Notes: a model not told the origin generated them from the letters alone. 64,000 nt of DNA from Escherichia coli (GCF_003991155.1 NZ_CP031293.1); one strand, 5' to 3'. Counted from the first letter of the stretch, positions 48,908-60,816 are shown. Numbers and translations: made by a program.

Positions 48908-50143
48908 TTATTGACTCACTCTTATATATTCTGCTGATTTAACTTCTTTATTGAATAGGAATAATGAGGGCTTATACAATATATCGCACCAAGACACATA
49001 AATAATATCTTTACCCATATTTGCCTGTGCCAAATTTATGATTGAACATGCGGTAATGAGTATTAAGAAGATCAGATGCTTACATAGTTTGCTAATTTTA
49101 TTAATATCGTAGGAGAAAAATATATAACTATATAATAACACCCAGAAAATGGAAAATCGATAAAATAAATCAGGCGATAACGATAAAAGGCATATCAGCA
49201 AAAGAAGTAAACTGCAAAAATTTTTGATTTGTGACTCTTGCCTCGTCATTTTTTTATTAAATAAAATTAAATAGATAAAAGTAAAAATAAAAAACACTGA
49301 CGGTAATATGATCTTATTCAAGATATATTCATTAGTGCTCAGCAAGCTATTGCTTATGCCTATGGTTACAGAGTCCATATATTCGGGAAAGTAAAAACCT
49401 AAGCTTTCCAATAATGGCCTAATCAATTGAAATAGCAAAGAAGATATTAACCCATCATGGTTAAGGATTAGAACTAATATTATTAAATACAATATTGTTT
49501 TGTTAAGTCTTATTAATTTGCTAACAAAAAAAACACCTAGCAATAGTATTGCGCTGGGATGAATACAACATGAAATAATTGCAGAGAATATAATTTTTTG
49601 TGACTTATACCTATTATTTTCACTGGTGAAATACTGTATAATCATATAAAGCATAATACTAAATGCAAGATATTGCCGCAATGAACTAGCTATAGCAAAA
49701 AATGGGATTACGCTTATTAGAATATATAAATATATACATCTATGAGATAATTCCGGATTGTATTTTTTAATGTAATTAACATATATATTAAAATAAAAAA
49801 TATATGATAAAAATGTTGAAAAAAAAGGTAAAAATTCTTTTTTTATTCCTAAAGATTTAAATAAATAAATAACAGTATTTATTGTAATATATCTATTGTC
49901 ACTATTTTCAAAAACTTTGTTTAGTGATGTTTGACTAACATATAAATATGTTTCATAATGCCTAGTCAAATCCCAATTTTCATAAGGTATTAACAAAAAT
50001 GCTAGTACCCCTAGCATAAATGAACATACATAAACACTCCATCTGGCCCCATTAATCATTTCAATCATTGCTAATAATAAAGCAAGAGGCAAATAAATTA
50101 TTGAAATAAATGAAGCACTAATTTTTATGTTTCTATTAATCAT
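48908..50143 (-). CDS. wzy: O-antigen polymerase
   Basis: 411 aa polytopic membrane protein, very AT-rich. Confidence 0.65.
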   Translation of the reverse strand: MINRNIKISASFISIIYLPLALLLAMIEMINGARWSVYVCSFMLGVLAFLLIPYENWDLTRHYETYLYVSQTSLNKVFENSDNRYITINTVIYLFKSLGIKKEFLPFFSTFLSYIFYFNIYVNYIKKYNPELSHRCIYLYILISVIPFFAIASSLRQYLAFSIMLYMIIQYFTSENNRYKSQKIIFSAIISCCIHPSAILLLGVFFVSKLIRLNKTILYLIILVLILNHDGLISSLLFQLIRPLLESLGFYFPEYMDSVTIGISNSLLSTNEYILNKIILPSVFFIFTFIYLILFNKKMTRQESQIKNFCSLLLLLICLLSLSPDLFYRFSIFWVLLYSYIFFSYDINKISKLCKHLIFLILITACSIINLAQANMGKDIIYVSWCDILYKPSLFLFNKEVKSAEYIRVSQ

Positions 50144-50865
50144 CTTTTTATAACTTTTCTCATAAATAGGTAAATATCTGCTAACGCCGCATATAATTTC
50201 CCGTTTCTTTTCTTTCGGATTTGTCTCGCTTCCTCCAATGCTAATTTTACATTTTTAGCGCTAAGGCCGGCATTTCTCATCGAAGAGATATTTTTATCAA
50301 TATAATGAAAGATATAACCTTGTTTCTTCAATTTTAGCAAAAGATCATAATCAGAAGCAATTTTATAGCTAGTATTAAATAAATTTTCTCTGTGGATATC
50401 TTTTCTAATAAATGTGGCCGGATGGCTTAAATTCATATCTATATGTAGTTTCCAGTCTTTAGGCCTCCGGACCTGAATAACATCCAAGCTATCAGCCTCT
50501 ACCAAAGACATATTTCCATAAATAACATCATATTTATTTTCTTTCATTACTTTTATTACTTGACATAATACATCTTTATTATAAAAATCATCAGCGTTTA
50601 TAAATCCTATATAATTTCCAGATGCTTTTAACACACCTTTATTCATTGCATCATATATACCATTATCATTTTCAGAAATGATATATGAAATTTCATTTTT
50701 GTAAGAATTAACAATATTTAGAGTATTATCCGTTGATGCACCATCAATTATAATATATTCAATGTCATCATTGCAGTTTTGTGATAAGACACTTTTTATA
50801 GTATCTTCGATATACATTTCGCCATTGTACACAACGGTAACTATTGTTAAAGTTGGTTTATTCAT
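50140..50865 (-). CDS. Glycosyltransferase family 2
   Basis: LTIVTVVYNGE...IIIDGASTDNT. Confidence 0.75.
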   Translation of the reverse strand: MNKPTLTIVTVVYNGEMYIEDTIKSVLSQNCNDDIEYIIIDGASTDNTLNIVNSYKNEISYIISENDNGIYDAMNKGVLKASGNYIGFINADDFYNKDVLCQVIKVMKENKYDVIYGNMSLVEADSLDVIQVRRPKDWKLHIDMNLSHPATFIRKDIHRENLFNTSYKIASDYDLLLKLKKQGYIFHYIDKNISSMRNAGLSAKNVKLALEEARQIRKKRNGKLYAALADIYLFMRKVIKR

Positions 50866-50873
50866 TGTTAGCC

Positions 50874-52109
50874 CTACAATAAATTTAAATTATTTAATTT
50901 ATTTGTTTTCTTAATCAAAAAGTAAAATCTCGCCATTATTATAAACTCAGTTGAAATAACTCCTATTGCTGTACCAACTCCTGAGTATTCATTAGTCAAA
51001 TAAGTAATTATCAGTAGGCCTATTAATCCACTGGTAGTAATAATTTTTGTAAATTCTTTTTTCATACCAATAGGGATCATTACTAAAATTGCAATATAAT
51101 TACTTACCGTAACTATTGCTGGAGTAAAAGCTAAAACTTTGAGTATTTCTAAAGATTCATGATACGTTTTTCCATACATGATTAAAATTATATCGTCTGC
51201 AAAAAAGTAAAGAAATATGGAAAGTACGAACATCAGTGAAAATTGCCATCGAAACACTTTCCTGGCTAATAATAGTCCATCGTCATGATTATCCTTCATT
51301 ATATAAGTTACTCTAGGAAAAACAGCTTGGGTTATAGGACCAATAACGCCTTGTAGTGCAAGCCTAATTTTATCTGCAGCGATAAAATATCCCACTGCAG
51401 TTGTTCCTGATAATGCACCTAATATTATTGTTGAACTAGTAGTATAAAGGCTTATTGCTGCAGAGGAAATGAAGTAATGCCATCCATCATAAATTAACTC
51501 TTTCATTTTGGATAAGGATGGTGGTACCCATATTATTTTTTTAAGAGAAAATAAAAAATATGTAGATATTATACCTGCAATAACTGTTATTGATGATTGT
51601 ATTGTTATCGCTATACCAAGATCCTTTTCACTTTTAACCAATAAAAATGTTAAACATAGTGTAAGTAAGCGTGCGGAAAACATACTTATCGCTATTCCTA
51701 ACATTTTTTCCAGCCCTTGAAAAAACCATACTGGATATATTAAATTTCCTACGACAGATATGTATGCAAGAATGATAAATTTAATTTGGTAATCAATGAT
51801 ATTCAATTCCGAAATTAAATAAATAATTAACAAACCAAGAGATGCTGCAATTATTTTGATAAACGTTACATTCCAAAAAACTTTACTTATGGAATCAGTA
51901 TTTTCCCTTGATATTGATATGATTTTGGGCGCTGAGTAGTTAAATCCGTAATCAATAAATAATATAAAATATTGGACCACAGCAAAACTATACCCATATA
52001 TCCCGTATCCTGTAGGTTCAAGGATCCTGACAAGATAAGGCAGTGTGACCAATGGAAATATATAATTGCCACCTTGAACGCTTAATAAATAGATGATGTT
52101 TTTTAACAT
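50874..52109 (-). CDS. wzx: O-antigen flippase
   Basis: 411 aa polytopic membrane protein, first gene after JUMPstart. Confidence 0.75.
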   Translation of the reverse strand: MLKNIIYLLSVQGGNYIFPLVTLPYLVRILEPTGYGIYGYSFAVVQYFILFIDYGFNYSAPKIISISRENTDSISKVFWNVTFIKIIAASLGLLIIYLISELNIIDYQIKFIILAYISVVGNLIYPVWFFQGLEKMLGIAISMFSARLLTLCLTFLLVKSEKDLGIAITIQSSITVIAGIISTYFLFSLKKIIWVPPSLSKMKELIYDGWHYFISSAAISLYTTSSTIILGALSGTTAVGYFIAADKIRLALQGVIGPITQAVFPRVTYIMKDNHDDGLLLARKVFRWQFSLMFVLSIFLYFFADDIILIMYGKTYHESLEILKVLAFTPAIVTVSNYIAILVMIPIGMKKEFTKIITTSGLIGLLIITYLTNEYSGVGTAIGVISTEFIIMARFYFLIKKTNKLNNLNLL

Positions 52110-52189
52110 AACGAGCCTACGTACTTAACAAGTCTTATTTTGCACGATAGTTTACAATTTGTTAAGTAATATGGGATAAACATTTAATT

Positions 52190-52228
52190 CACGCTACCGC
52201 CCCTGGCTCAACAGCTACCAGCGTACTG
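52190..52228 (-). promoter_or_regulatory. JUMPstart element with ops (GGCGGTAGCGTG)
   Basis: Minus strand CAGTACGCTGGTAGCTGTTGAGCCAGGGGCGGTAGCGTG upstream of wzx. Confidence 0.6.
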
Positions 52229-52481
52229 CATGCATGTCCTAGTTGTACCTAGCATTAACCGTTATGGTTAGTTCGAAAAGCTTAACTCTGAACGTTTTAC
52301 CAAATCGCTTCAGAGATGGAGAAAATCTCAGCCTCCCACAATAAATGCCTATTGAAAAGTTATTGTTACTCATATTTAGAACGGTATAAAGAAAGAATGA
52401 GGCAATGAGTACAATTAGCCCCACGAATCCTCACCGCCGTTATAATTTTCTTATCAACCGTTACATCCGGTCAGATTTTCA

Positions 52482-53375
52482 TTATTCGCTTAACAGCTTT
52501 TCAATACCTTTACGGAACTTCGCCCCTTCTTTCAGGTTGCGCAGTCCATACTTCACAAACGCCTGCATATAGCCCATTTTCTTGCCACAATCGTAACTGT
52601 CACCGGTCATCAGCATTGCATCAACGGACTGTTTTTTCGCCAGTTCAGCAATGGCATCAGTCAGCTGAATACGCCCCCATGCACCAGGTTGAGTGCGTTC
52701 AAGTTCCGGCCAAATATCGGCAGAAAGCACATAGCGACCAACGGCCATGATGTCTGAGTCCAGCGTCTGCGGCTGATCCGGTTTTTCGATAAATTCAACA
52801 ATGCGGCTGACTTTGCCTTCACGATCCAGCGGCTCTTTGGTCTGAATAACGGAGTATTCAGAAAGGTCACCCGGCATACGTTTTGCCAGCACCAGGCTAC
52901 GGCCCGTTTCATTGAAGCGCGCAATCATGGCAGCAAGGTTGTAGCGCAGCGGGTCGGCGCTGGCGTCGTCGATCACTACGTCTGGCAGTACCACGACAAA
53001 TGGGTTGTCGCCAATGGCGGGTCGTGCACATAAAATGGAGTGGCCTAAACCTAAAGGTTCGCCCTGACGCACGTTCATAATGGTCACGCCAGGCGGACAG
53101 ATAGACTGCACTTCCGCCAGCAGTTGACGCTTCACGCGCTGTTCAAGGAGAGATTCTAATTCATAAGAGGTGTCGAAGTGGTTTTCGACCGCGTTCTTGG
53201 ACGCGTGAGTTACCAGGAGGATTTCTTTGATCCCTGCAGCCACAATCTCGTCAACAATGTACTGAATCATTGGCTTGTCGACGATCGGTAGCATCTCTTT
53301 GGGTATCGCCTTAGTGGCAGGCAACATATGCATCCCAAGACCCGCTACCGGTATAACTGCTTTTAAATTCGTCAT
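52482..53375 (-). CDS. galF: UTP-glucose-1-phosphate uridylyltransferase
   Basis: E. coli GalF, 297 aa. Confidence 0.9.
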   Translation of the reverse strand: MTNLKAVIPVAGLGMHMLPATKAIPKEMLPIVDKPMIQYIVDEIVAAGIKEILLVTHASKNAVENHFDTSYELESLLEQRVKRQLLAEVQSICPPGVTIMNVRQGEPLGLGHSILCARPAIGDNPFVVVLPDVVIDDASADPLRYNLAAMIARFNETGRSLVLAKRMPGDLSEYSVIQTKEPLDREGKVSRIVEFIEKPDQPQTLDSDIMAVGRYVLSADIWPELERTQPGAWGRIQLTDAIAELAKKQSVDAMLMTGDSYDCGKKMGYMQAFVKYGLRNLKEGAKFRKGIEKLLSE

Positions 53376-53617
53376 TATTTTCCTACCTCTAAGTGACTGA
53401 TAGTGCGTAAATTATTGCCATAGATTAGCCAAACGGTATGGCTATATACCAAAGCTTAGTTCCGCATAACTTTGATTAAACCTTGCGATAACACTACACA
53501 CCATCAGCATCTGGGTTACTCGGATTACTCGGAATTCCGCATACTGATAATTTAATCAGTACCTCTTTCCGAATAATCGTAGTCCAACCTGGTCCTTTTT
53601 TCTCTGACTCGTCTGCA

Positions 53618-54613
53618 TTACTCAGAAACAAACGTTATGTCGTCTTTTTTGGCATGGACGAATTCATACTGCAGAGTTCGATCCAGACCTTGCGACAGCG
53701 TATACGGTGCCACAAAACCTGAAGAATGCACTTTCGTTGCGTCAAACTGTGTTGTTGCGCAGAATTTTTTCACGCGCACTGAGCTGACAGCGTATTTTTT
53801 GCCCGTAATTTTGCTCAGGATATCAAAACAATATCCCCCCAGCATTCCTAGTGGGTAAGGCAAGTGCATAGAAGGGATCTTTTTGTTCAGGCTTTGTTCA
53901 ACTTCAGCAACCAACTGGTTCATGTTCAGGTCTGGCTTATCAACGTAGTTATAAACCTCATAACCTGCGGCAACATTCTTCAGTTTGTACTTGATAAACT
54001 CAACAATGTTTCCAACATAAGCCATGGACTTATAGTTAGTCCCTGCGCCCACCATCATAAACTTGCCGCCAGCGATCTGTTTCAGCAAGTTATAGACGTT
54101 ACCGCGGTTGCGTTCACCGAAGATAACGGTAGGACGGATGATGGTTAATGAACGTTCTGTTGGTGCTTTGTTATACCATTCACGCAGCACTTCCTCTGCC
54201 TGCCACTTACTTTTGCCGTAGTGGTTGAAAGGGTCGTGTGGATGGTTTTCGTCAGGGTTGTGTTTGTTCAAACCATAAACAGCAACGGAACTGGTAAAGA
54301 TGATATTTTTAACGCCATTTTTTTCCATGGCAGCCAACACATTGCGGGTACCCTGAACGTTGACATCATAATAGAGAGAAGTAGGGCTGACGTCATCGCG
54401 GTGTTCCGCTGCCAGTAGCACAACAGTGTCAAAACCGGCTAACGCCTGGTCGAGTGCCTGTTGATCACGAACATCGCCAATCTGTGTGATTTCTGGATAA
54501 AAGTGGCTCTGCTGTTTGTCCAGGTTCTTGATATTAAAGTCAGCAATTGCCGTTTCAAGTAGTCGGGTTCCTACGAATCCGGAAGCTCCTATGAGCAAAA
54601 CGTTATCGTTCAT
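53618..54613 (-). CDS. gne: NAD-dependent sugar epimerase (gne-like) between galF and wcaM
   Basis: LLIGASGFVGTRLL Rossmann motif; position matches the gne locus recalled for some O serogroups. Confidence 0.7.
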   Translation of the reverse strand: MNDNVLLIGASGFVGTRLLETAIADFNIKNLDKQQSHFYPEITQIGDVRDQQALDQALAGFDTVVLLAAEHRDDVSPTSLYYDVNVQGTRNVLAAMEKNGVKNIIFTSSVAVYGLNKHNPDENHPHDPFNHYGKSKWQAEEVLREWYNKAPTERSLTIIRPTVIFGERNRGNVYNLLKQIAGGKFMMVGAGTNYKSMAYVGNIVEFIKYKLKNVAAGYEVYNYVDKPDLNMNQLVAEVEQSLNKKIPSMHLPYPLGMLGGYCFDILSKITGKKYAVSSVRVKKFCATTQFDATKVHSSGFVAPYTLSQGLDRTLQYEFVHAKKDDITFVSE

Positions 54614-54770
54614 AAATCACTTTAGTCTGGTTGTTACGTAAGAAACACAAGATAAAGATGAGTACCTTCTCTGAGTAGTCAATGCTGCCCAGCCCCAGCT
54701 TTAACAGTTAGTGTGAGGATTATAATCTTTTAGAACATTATATCCAGTAAGTTTATGAATGGTCGCAAAT

Positions 54771-56165
54771 CTACTCCCTCCGTTCCGGCAATCTAAAGTT
54801 AATCTTCTCCACATTAACAATATGGTGATTAATCCTGTCGATATCGACGGAGCTTTGCCCTTTTTCATTCACTGCATGAATATTCGTGAGTGAAAGCAGC
54901 GTTTTACGCTTTGCCATAAAAACGCCTCGAACGTCTTTGCGCATGTCAAAGTTCATGCTCAATGCGGGTCCAACTGAGGATTCCTGCATCACATTGATAT
55001 TTCGCATAAAAAGATGTTGCGGTTTGTTGTGTAACTCCAGCGACGCACGCTTCATCTCAATGTTAGTCAGCGCCACAAAGGAGACAGCATTCCCGGCGGA
55101 GATTTGAATGCCGCGCAATTTATAAGCAAGATGAGTATTATCCAGTTGAATATCATTCACTCGGAAATTCTGCGGTATCGAGAGATATTTGCCTTTAATT
55201 ACCCCATAGCCGATTAACATCCCGGCACTATTAATCATTTCAATATTATCAATCACAAAGTTGTCACAACCATAAATAGCAACTGTGGCGTTATCAATAC
55301 CTGCTTTCTTACTGAAATCCGGCGTGATATTACGAGCTTTGATATTACGGATAACAAAATGTTTACCATTTTCAACATGGATCAGTTGCCGACAATCCGA
55401 TCCCGTGATATTCGCCACGACAAAGTTTTTCACTGCCTGGTTTTCCGGATAATTATTATCGTAGGTACTTCCCGCAAGGCCTATGCCGATGCCCCAGTTG
55501 ATTTTGCCGTTGGTACAGTTAATGCGCTCAATGAGATGGTCGGATATCAAAATATCACTGTCGTTAATCGCCACGTTCCATTCAATAGCGTCGCCCTGTA
55601 AGTCGCTGAACTTACAGTTGGTGATGTTGGCACCGATTATCTGGTTATGAAATCCCTGGCGTAAGATGGCGTAATTAGCGTGGCTAACGGTCAGGTTATC
55701 GATGGTCAGGTTGTGCATGACCCGTTTGTTTTTGCCGCCGATATAAATCTGCGTTACCGGACCAAAGCCGCTCATCGCCAGCCCTTTGATGGTGCAGTCA
55801 GAACCACGCACATCCAGGGTGATGTTATGCATACTGCCGCCCTCCTCCCCTGTCACCTGGCTGCCGTCCTGTAAGACAAATCGCCCTCTGCCGTTGCCGC
55901 GCAGGCTTCCAAGGATGTGTAACGTTTTACCTGCAGGAATGAAGATGCCGGTGTTGATATTGTCACAAACCAATCCGGCAGGCACGACGACCGTTTGCCC
56001 TTCGCTGAAGGCTTGTTTAAATGAGGCGATCCAGTCGTGAGGGTTGTAGTCGTTAATGTTAACGCTTTGTTGAGCGGGAAGTGCGCGGGCGAAAGGCGTA
56101 TGGAGGAAGGCAAGCACAGAGCTTGCCGTCAGGAAGGTGCGTCGGGAGAGTTTTTTAAATGGCAT
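54771..56165 (-). CDS. wcaM: Colanic acid biosynthesis protein WcaM
   Basis: 464 aa with signal peptide, parallel beta-helix-like. Confidence 0.85.
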   Translation of the reverse strand: MPFKKLSRRTFLTASSVLAFLHTPFARALPAQQSVNINDYNPHDWIASFKQAFSEGQTVVVPAGLVCDNINTGIFIPAGKTLHILGSLRGNGRGRFVLQDGSQVTGEEGGSMHNITLDVRGSDCTIKGLAMSGFGPVTQIYIGGKNKRVMHNLTIDNLTVSHANYAILRQGFHNQIIGANITNCKFSDLQGDAIEWNVAINDSDILISDHLIERINCTNGKINWGIGIGLAGSTYDNNYPENQAVKNFVVANITGSDCRQLIHVENGKHFVIRNIKARNITPDFSKKAGIDNATVAIYGCDNFVIDNIEMINSAGMLIGYGVIKGKYLSIPQNFRVNDIQLDNTHLAYKLRGIQISAGNAVSFVALTNIEMKRASLELHNKPQHLFMRNINVMQESSVGPALSMNFDMRKDVRGVFMAKRKTLLSLTNIHAVNEKGQSSVDIDRINHHIVNVEKINFRLPERRE

Positions 56166-56175
56166 GCGTTCTCCT

Positions 56176-57396
56176 CTATAAAGCCTGCAGCAAGCTGGCG
56201 AGTTCTCGATTGATCACCTGCTGGTTAAAATCGTGTTCGACTTTTTCGCGAGCACGTTTGATAACCGGAGCCAGTTCGTCGGTGTCCAGTTGGCTAAACG
56301 CCGCCAGTCGTTGCGCCAGTGCGCGAGCATCGTTCTCAGGCACCAACCAGCCGGATTTATCGGCCTCCACCAGTTCAGGAATTCCGCTATGCAGAGTAGA
56401 AACCACCGGAATGCCGACCGCCATCGCTTCCATTAGCGCCACCGGAATGCCTTCCATATCGCCGTCCGCACCCGTTACCGAAGGCAGCAGGAAAACATCC
56501 GCGTCGTCTAGCATCGCTTTCACTTCGTGGCTCGGTTTAAAGCCCGGCATCTCTACCACATCTTCCAGTTGATATTGTTCGATGAGGGTGCGCAGGCGTC
56601 GTTCCCACGGGCCAATGCCGAGGATGCGATAGCGAAATGCCACGCCCTGCTCTTTCAACTGACGGCAGGCTTCGATCGCCACATGCAGGCCTTTTTTCTC
56701 GGTTAAGCGTGCGACGGAAATGATTTCCAGCGGTGTTGCGGGCGCTTTCACCGGACGCGGGCTAAAGCGCGTCATGTCCACGCCCATGCGCGATACGGCG
56801 ATTTTTTCCCTCGGGCATCCCATTTTTTGCAGCCTTCCGGCCCACAGATCGCTGATCGGTAGCATCAGGTCGCCACGGCGGAACAGTTGCTGATATTCGG
56901 GAGTGTAGTGGTTGAGCACTTCCCGACTGGAGATATCAATGCCGTGGAAGATAGTAGCGATTTTGCCGCGAATGATACCCAGTTCCCGTAGTTTTGCTGC
57001 GATTACCCCCGCAGGGCCAAAATGAGCGATAAAGACATCGGCATAAAATGGTGTTGCGACCTGGCCGCAAATGGCAGACAAAATCAGGTTCCGCGACTCA
57101 GCACCATAGCGTTTGAGGTTGAGCGCCTGCCAGGTATTTTTACGATGAATGCCGCGTAAGGTCTGGCTGGCGCGGTGGCGCAGTTTCGCCACTTTGCCCG
57201 TAGGTTCGTCCTGTAACCAGCGGGTTCTGGCGGCAAGGTTATATTTTGTCCATGCCGCGTGGGTGTTTTGTGTGTCGCCTTTTTGCAGCGCGACAATCTC
57301 CACCTCAAAGCCCATATCAATAAACGCGGTAATTTGATTGAGGACGAAGGTTTCCGACGACAGTGGAAATTTCAGTAAAAAGAAGCCGACCTTCAT
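56176..57396 (-). CDS. wcaL: Colanic acid glycosyltransferase WcaL
   Basis: 406 aa GT1. Confidence 0.85.
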   Translation of the reverse strand: MKVGFFLLKFPLSSETFVLNQITAFIDMGFEVEIVALQKGDTQNTHAAWTKYNLAARTRWLQDEPTGKVAKLRHRASQTLRGIHRKNTWQALNLKRYGAESRNLILSAICGQVATPFYADVFIAHFGPAGVIAAKLRELGIIRGKIATIFHGIDISSREVLNHYTPEYQQLFRRGDLMLPISDLWAGRLQKMGCPREKIAVSRMGVDMTRFSPRPVKAPATPLEIISVARLTEKKGLHVAIEACRQLKEQGVAFRYRILGIGPWERRLRTLIEQYQLEDVVEMPGFKPSHEVKAMLDDADVFLLPSVTGADGDMEGIPVALMEAMAVGIPVVSTLHSGIPELVEADKSGWLVPENDARALAQRLAAFSQLDTDELAPVIKRAREKVEHDFNQQVINRELASLLQAL

Positions 57397-58673
57397 TTCG
57401 CCTCCCCGATGCGTTCAAGCACAGATTTCACCATCTGCATTCCCGTCTGACGTTCGCGACTGACGGCTTCGTTAAGTCGCGTGTTCAGTGCCGGAAGCTG
57501 GCCTAAGGTATCCGCAACCATCGCTTGCAGGCTGCCGTCTAATAAATGACGGATATCAATTGCCATCTCTGGTAGCCCCAGTTGTTGCATAATCCCGGCG
57601 GATTTATGTTCATAGTTGATGGCAATCGCCGGAGTGGCAAAGTTCATCGAGATAATGGCAGAGTGCAGGCGCGTACCGACGGTGAGTTCACAGGCCCCCA
57701 GAATTTTGCCCATTTCCAGATCGTTGAGTTCATCCATCACCACGTGGTAACGGGCAGGATCGCTGATGTGCTGGCGAAGATTGAGCGCCACCATGCGGTC
57801 GTCTTTGTTATAGCTGTCGATGCCCGTACAGGTGGAAAGCGCAATCACCTGATACCCTTCGTCGAGAATGCGATTGACCACCCCGGCAAAGGCTTTTTCA
57901 TACGCTTGCTGAGTGGTGCCGAGACGTTTGTCGAACGGTGCCAGTTCGCGCAGGGTAATTGCTACCGTTTTCTGTTGTGCGGCAACGTCCAGCCAGTGTT
58001 GAACGGCATAGCTGGCGGTGAAGTCTTCTGTGTGGTGATCGACCAGCCACGCAGTATCGACGCCATGTTCGACTTTTGCGGTGGTGATATTGCTGCGTTT
58101 CATCAGTTCAAGGCTGACCGATTCGCGCAGGATCAGCGCGTCGCAGTGACCAAAAACGTAGTTCGCCAGTTGGTTAAATTGCTCATCCTGGAATGGACCA
58201 ACGCTGTGACCAATCATAAATAGCGGCTTTTTCGCCATGAAAGTGCAAAGCGCGTGTTCAAACTGCGGCACGCCGTAGAGATCGACAAAAAACGATCCGC
58301 CGACCTGAATAATGGCGTCGTAACCTGACAGCAGGCGCACGAAGTCAGTGAATCCCTGAGCGATGGCGATATTACGCAGCTTGCCAGTGTCGGTGACGCG
58401 TGAGAGCAATACCTGATGCTGATAGCGGCGACGGAGGACTTTTTTAACGCGCCCGACAACGCCCGCCGCGCTGTTGTGTTTTTTCATTTGCAGGAACAGC
58501 GGATCGCCCATTACCGGGCGGTTGAGCAGCCAGGAAGAACTGACCGGATAGCGGCTCATCACGTCCACTTCGGCATGTGGATTGAGGATATTGATGGCAT
58601 CAAGTAAGCCACGCAGGATGGCGCTATCGCCACGATTGCCGCAAGTGTGGTTGCCCAGAATAAGTAATTTCAT
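57393..58673 (-). CDS. wcaK: Colanic acid pyruvyl transferase WcaK
   Basis: 426 aa. Confidence 0.85.
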   Translation of the reverse strand: MKLLILGNHTCGNRGDSAILRGLLDAINILNPHAEVDVMSRYPVSSSWLLNRPVMGDPLFLQMKKHNSAAGVVGRVKKVLRRRYQHQVLLSRVTDTGKLRNIAIAQGFTDFVRLLSGYDAIIQVGGSFFVDLYGVPQFEHALCTFMAKKPLFMIGHSVGPFQDEQFNQLANYVFGHCDALILRESVSLELMKRSNITTAKVEHGVDTAWLVDHHTEDFTASYAVQHWLDVAAQQKTVAITLRELAPFDKRLGTTQQAYEKAFAGVVNRILDEGYQVIALSTCTGIDSYNKDDRMVALNLRQHISDPARYHVVMDELNDLEMGKILGACELTVGTRLHSAIISMNFATPAIAINYEHKSAGIMQQLGLPEMAIDIRHLLDGSLQAMVADTLGQLPALNTRLNEAVSRERQTGMQMVKSVLERIGEAK

Positions 58674-58724
58674 TTTTTCCTCATAAATTTGATGCCAGGT
58701 GAGGCTGTGTTTGTTGTGTTCGTT

Positions 58725-59325
58725 GCCGTTTTTTGCCTGATGCGACGCTAACGCGTCTTATCAGACCTACAAGATCCGAGCACAGAACCGTAGGACGGAT
58801 AAGGCGTTCACGCCGCATCCGGCATTCAGTGCCTGATGCGACGCTGACGCGTCTTATCAGGCCTACAAGACCCGAGCACAGAGCCGTAGGACGGATAAGG
58901 CGTTTTACGCCGCATCCGGCATTCAGTGCCTGATGCGACGCTGACGCGTCTTATCAGGCCTACAAGATCCGAGCACAGAACCGTAGGCCGGATAAGGCGT
59001 TTTACGCCGCATCCGGCATTCAGTGCCTGATGCGACGCTGGCGCGTCTTATCAGGCCTACAAGACCCGAGCACAGCCCCCCAGGACGGATAAGGCGTTTT
59101 ACGCCGCATCCGGCATTCAGTGCCTGATGCGACGCTGACGCGTCTTATCAAGCCTACAAGATCCGAGCACAGAACCGTAGGCCGGATAAGGCGTTTTACG
59201 CCGCATCCGGCATTCAGTGCCTGATGCGACGCTGGCGCGTCTTATCAGGCCTACAAGACCCGAGCACAGCCCCCCAGGACGGATAAGGCGTTTTACGCCG
59301 CATCCGGCAACCGTTGCCGGAACCG
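58725..59325. repeat. Tandem REP/BIME array (about six units of about 98 bp)
   Basis: Repeated GCCTGATGCGACGCTGACGCGTCTTATCAGGCCTACAAG...GGATAAGGCGTTTACGCCGCATCCGGCA units. Confidence 0.8.
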
Positions 59326-59336
59326 AAAACAGCCAT

Positions 59337-60815
59337 TCACCCCGCCCGTAAAAGCATTTTCATTTTTTCGCTGCGACAAAACTGACGCTTCACTTCCACT
59401 ACCAGCGGATGGCGTGACAGCACAATCATCACCACAAACGCCAGCACGCCCGCGGCTATTTGCACCGCCAGCAGCATGCCCAGAGCCATTTGCCCTTTCA
59501 GTACAATGCCCAGCGCATAACTGACCACCAGCGTCGGCAGCGAGAGATAAAACGGCAGCCATAAACTGAGGATGTACTGGCGATAACTGGAACCAAGAAC
59601 CGGTTTAATCATCACGAAGTAACTCAGAATGGTGTTGATAATCTGCACCAGCAGGAAACCGAGCGTGACGCCGATTGCGCCCGCCATCTGCCCACCAATA
59701 ACAATCGCCGGAATAAACAGAAAGGTTTTGAATACGTTGAATTTAAAGCTGATATCGACCCGCGCTTTCGCCATCAGCAGCGAACCAATCGGGTTCCCTA
59801 CTGAGCGCAGCAGCCCCACCACACACAGCAATTGCAGCACCGGAATAATGCTGCTCCACTTCTCACCAAAGACCAGCGGTACAAAGTTATTCGACACCAC
59901 CATCAGCCCCAGCAGCGCCGGAAAGTTGATAATCCCCACCACCGACAGCAGCTTGTAGAAGTTGATGCGCAGCTTTTCGGTGTCGTCCTGAATTTTGGCA
60001 AATGCCGGAAACAACACGCGGGTGATGATCGGATTCAGCTTCATCGGCGGCACAACGGCCACGTTGTACGCCAGGTTGTATCCCCCTGCCACGCCCGCAC
60101 CGAGAATACGCGCCAGCACCAGCGTTGAAAGGTTGGTGTTGAGATAGTTGATGATGCTGTCCGCCGTCAGCCAGGCACCAAAGCGTAAGTTCGGTGCCAC
60201 CGACGCCAGCGAGAAGTGCAGACCGGGGCGATAAATTTTGCGGCCAAAGTAGCCAAACAGCAGCGTTCTTACCGCACTATTGACCAGATAACCGAGGATC
60301 GCGGTCATCGCCAGTGGCCAGAAATGGGCGCTAACCACCGTAAAAGTGAAGCCCGCCAGCACCGCGCTGGTTTCGATCATGCCGATTTTGTTGAACTCCA
60401 GCTCTTTTTGCATCAACGCGCGGAACTGCTGCCCGTGGGGGATCACCACAAACGCCAGCGACAATGTTTTAATCAACGGTGCCAGGTCTGGGTTGTTCAG
60501 CACGTCACCAATGAGATCACTCAACAAAAACACCGCCACGCACACCACAAGCCCCAGCCCGACGTTCAGCCAGTACAACGTGGTAAGTTCCAGGTGACTG
60601 ATTTCTTTTCGCTGAATAATCGAGTTAGCGATACCGAAGTCAGAAAGCGTATCTGCCAGCGCGATGATCACCAGCGACACGGTAAGCAAACCGAACTGGT
60701 GGTTGTCGATAATCCGCGCCAGCACGGTCATCTGCACCAGCCCGAGGCCGATGATGATCACCGTGGCAATCGCCGACCACTTCGCGCCGCTGATGGTTTT
60801 TTCACGTAAGCTCAT
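59337..60815 (-). CDS. wzxC: Colanic acid flippase
   Basis: 492 aa polytopic membrane protein. Confidence 0.85.
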   Translation of the reverse strand: MSLREKTISGAKWSAIATVIIIGLGLVQMTVLARIIDNHQFGLLTVSLVIIALADTLSDFGIANSIIQRKEISHLELTTLYWLNVGLGLVVCVAVFLLSDLIGDVLNNPDLAPLIKTLSLAFVVIPHGQQFRALMQKELEFNKIGMIETSAVLAGFTFTVVSAHFWPLAMTAILGYLVNSAVRTLLFGYFGRKIYRPGLHFSLASVAPNLRFGAWLTADSIINYLNTNLSTLVLARILGAGVAGGYNLAYNVAVVPPMKLNPIITRVLFPAFAKIQDDTEKLRINFYKLLSVVGIINFPALLGLMVVSNNFVPLVFGEKWSSIIPVLQLLCVVGLLRSVGNPIGSLLMAKARVDISFKFNVFKTFLFIPAIVIGGQMAGAIGVTLGFLLVQIINTILSYFVMIKPVLGSSYRQYILSLWLPFYLSLPTLVVSYALGIVLKGQMALGMLLAVQIAAGVLAFVVMIVLSRHPLVVEVKRQFCRSEKMKMLLRAG

Positions 60816-60816
60816 A

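Larger units (their letters stand above)
39545..52109 (-). other. O-antigen biosynthesis gene cluster (GDP-fucose pathway, gne, four glycosyltransferases, wzy, wzx) between gnd and galF
   Basis: Low-GC block of 12 same-strand genes with JUMPstart upstream. Confidence 0.85.

Noticed and set aside
58733-58933. Repetitive ORF and CRISPR-like appearance of the wcaK-wzxC spacer
   Set aside because: Units are contiguous palindromic REP sequences with no unique spacers and no cas genes; the ORF is a repeat artefact.
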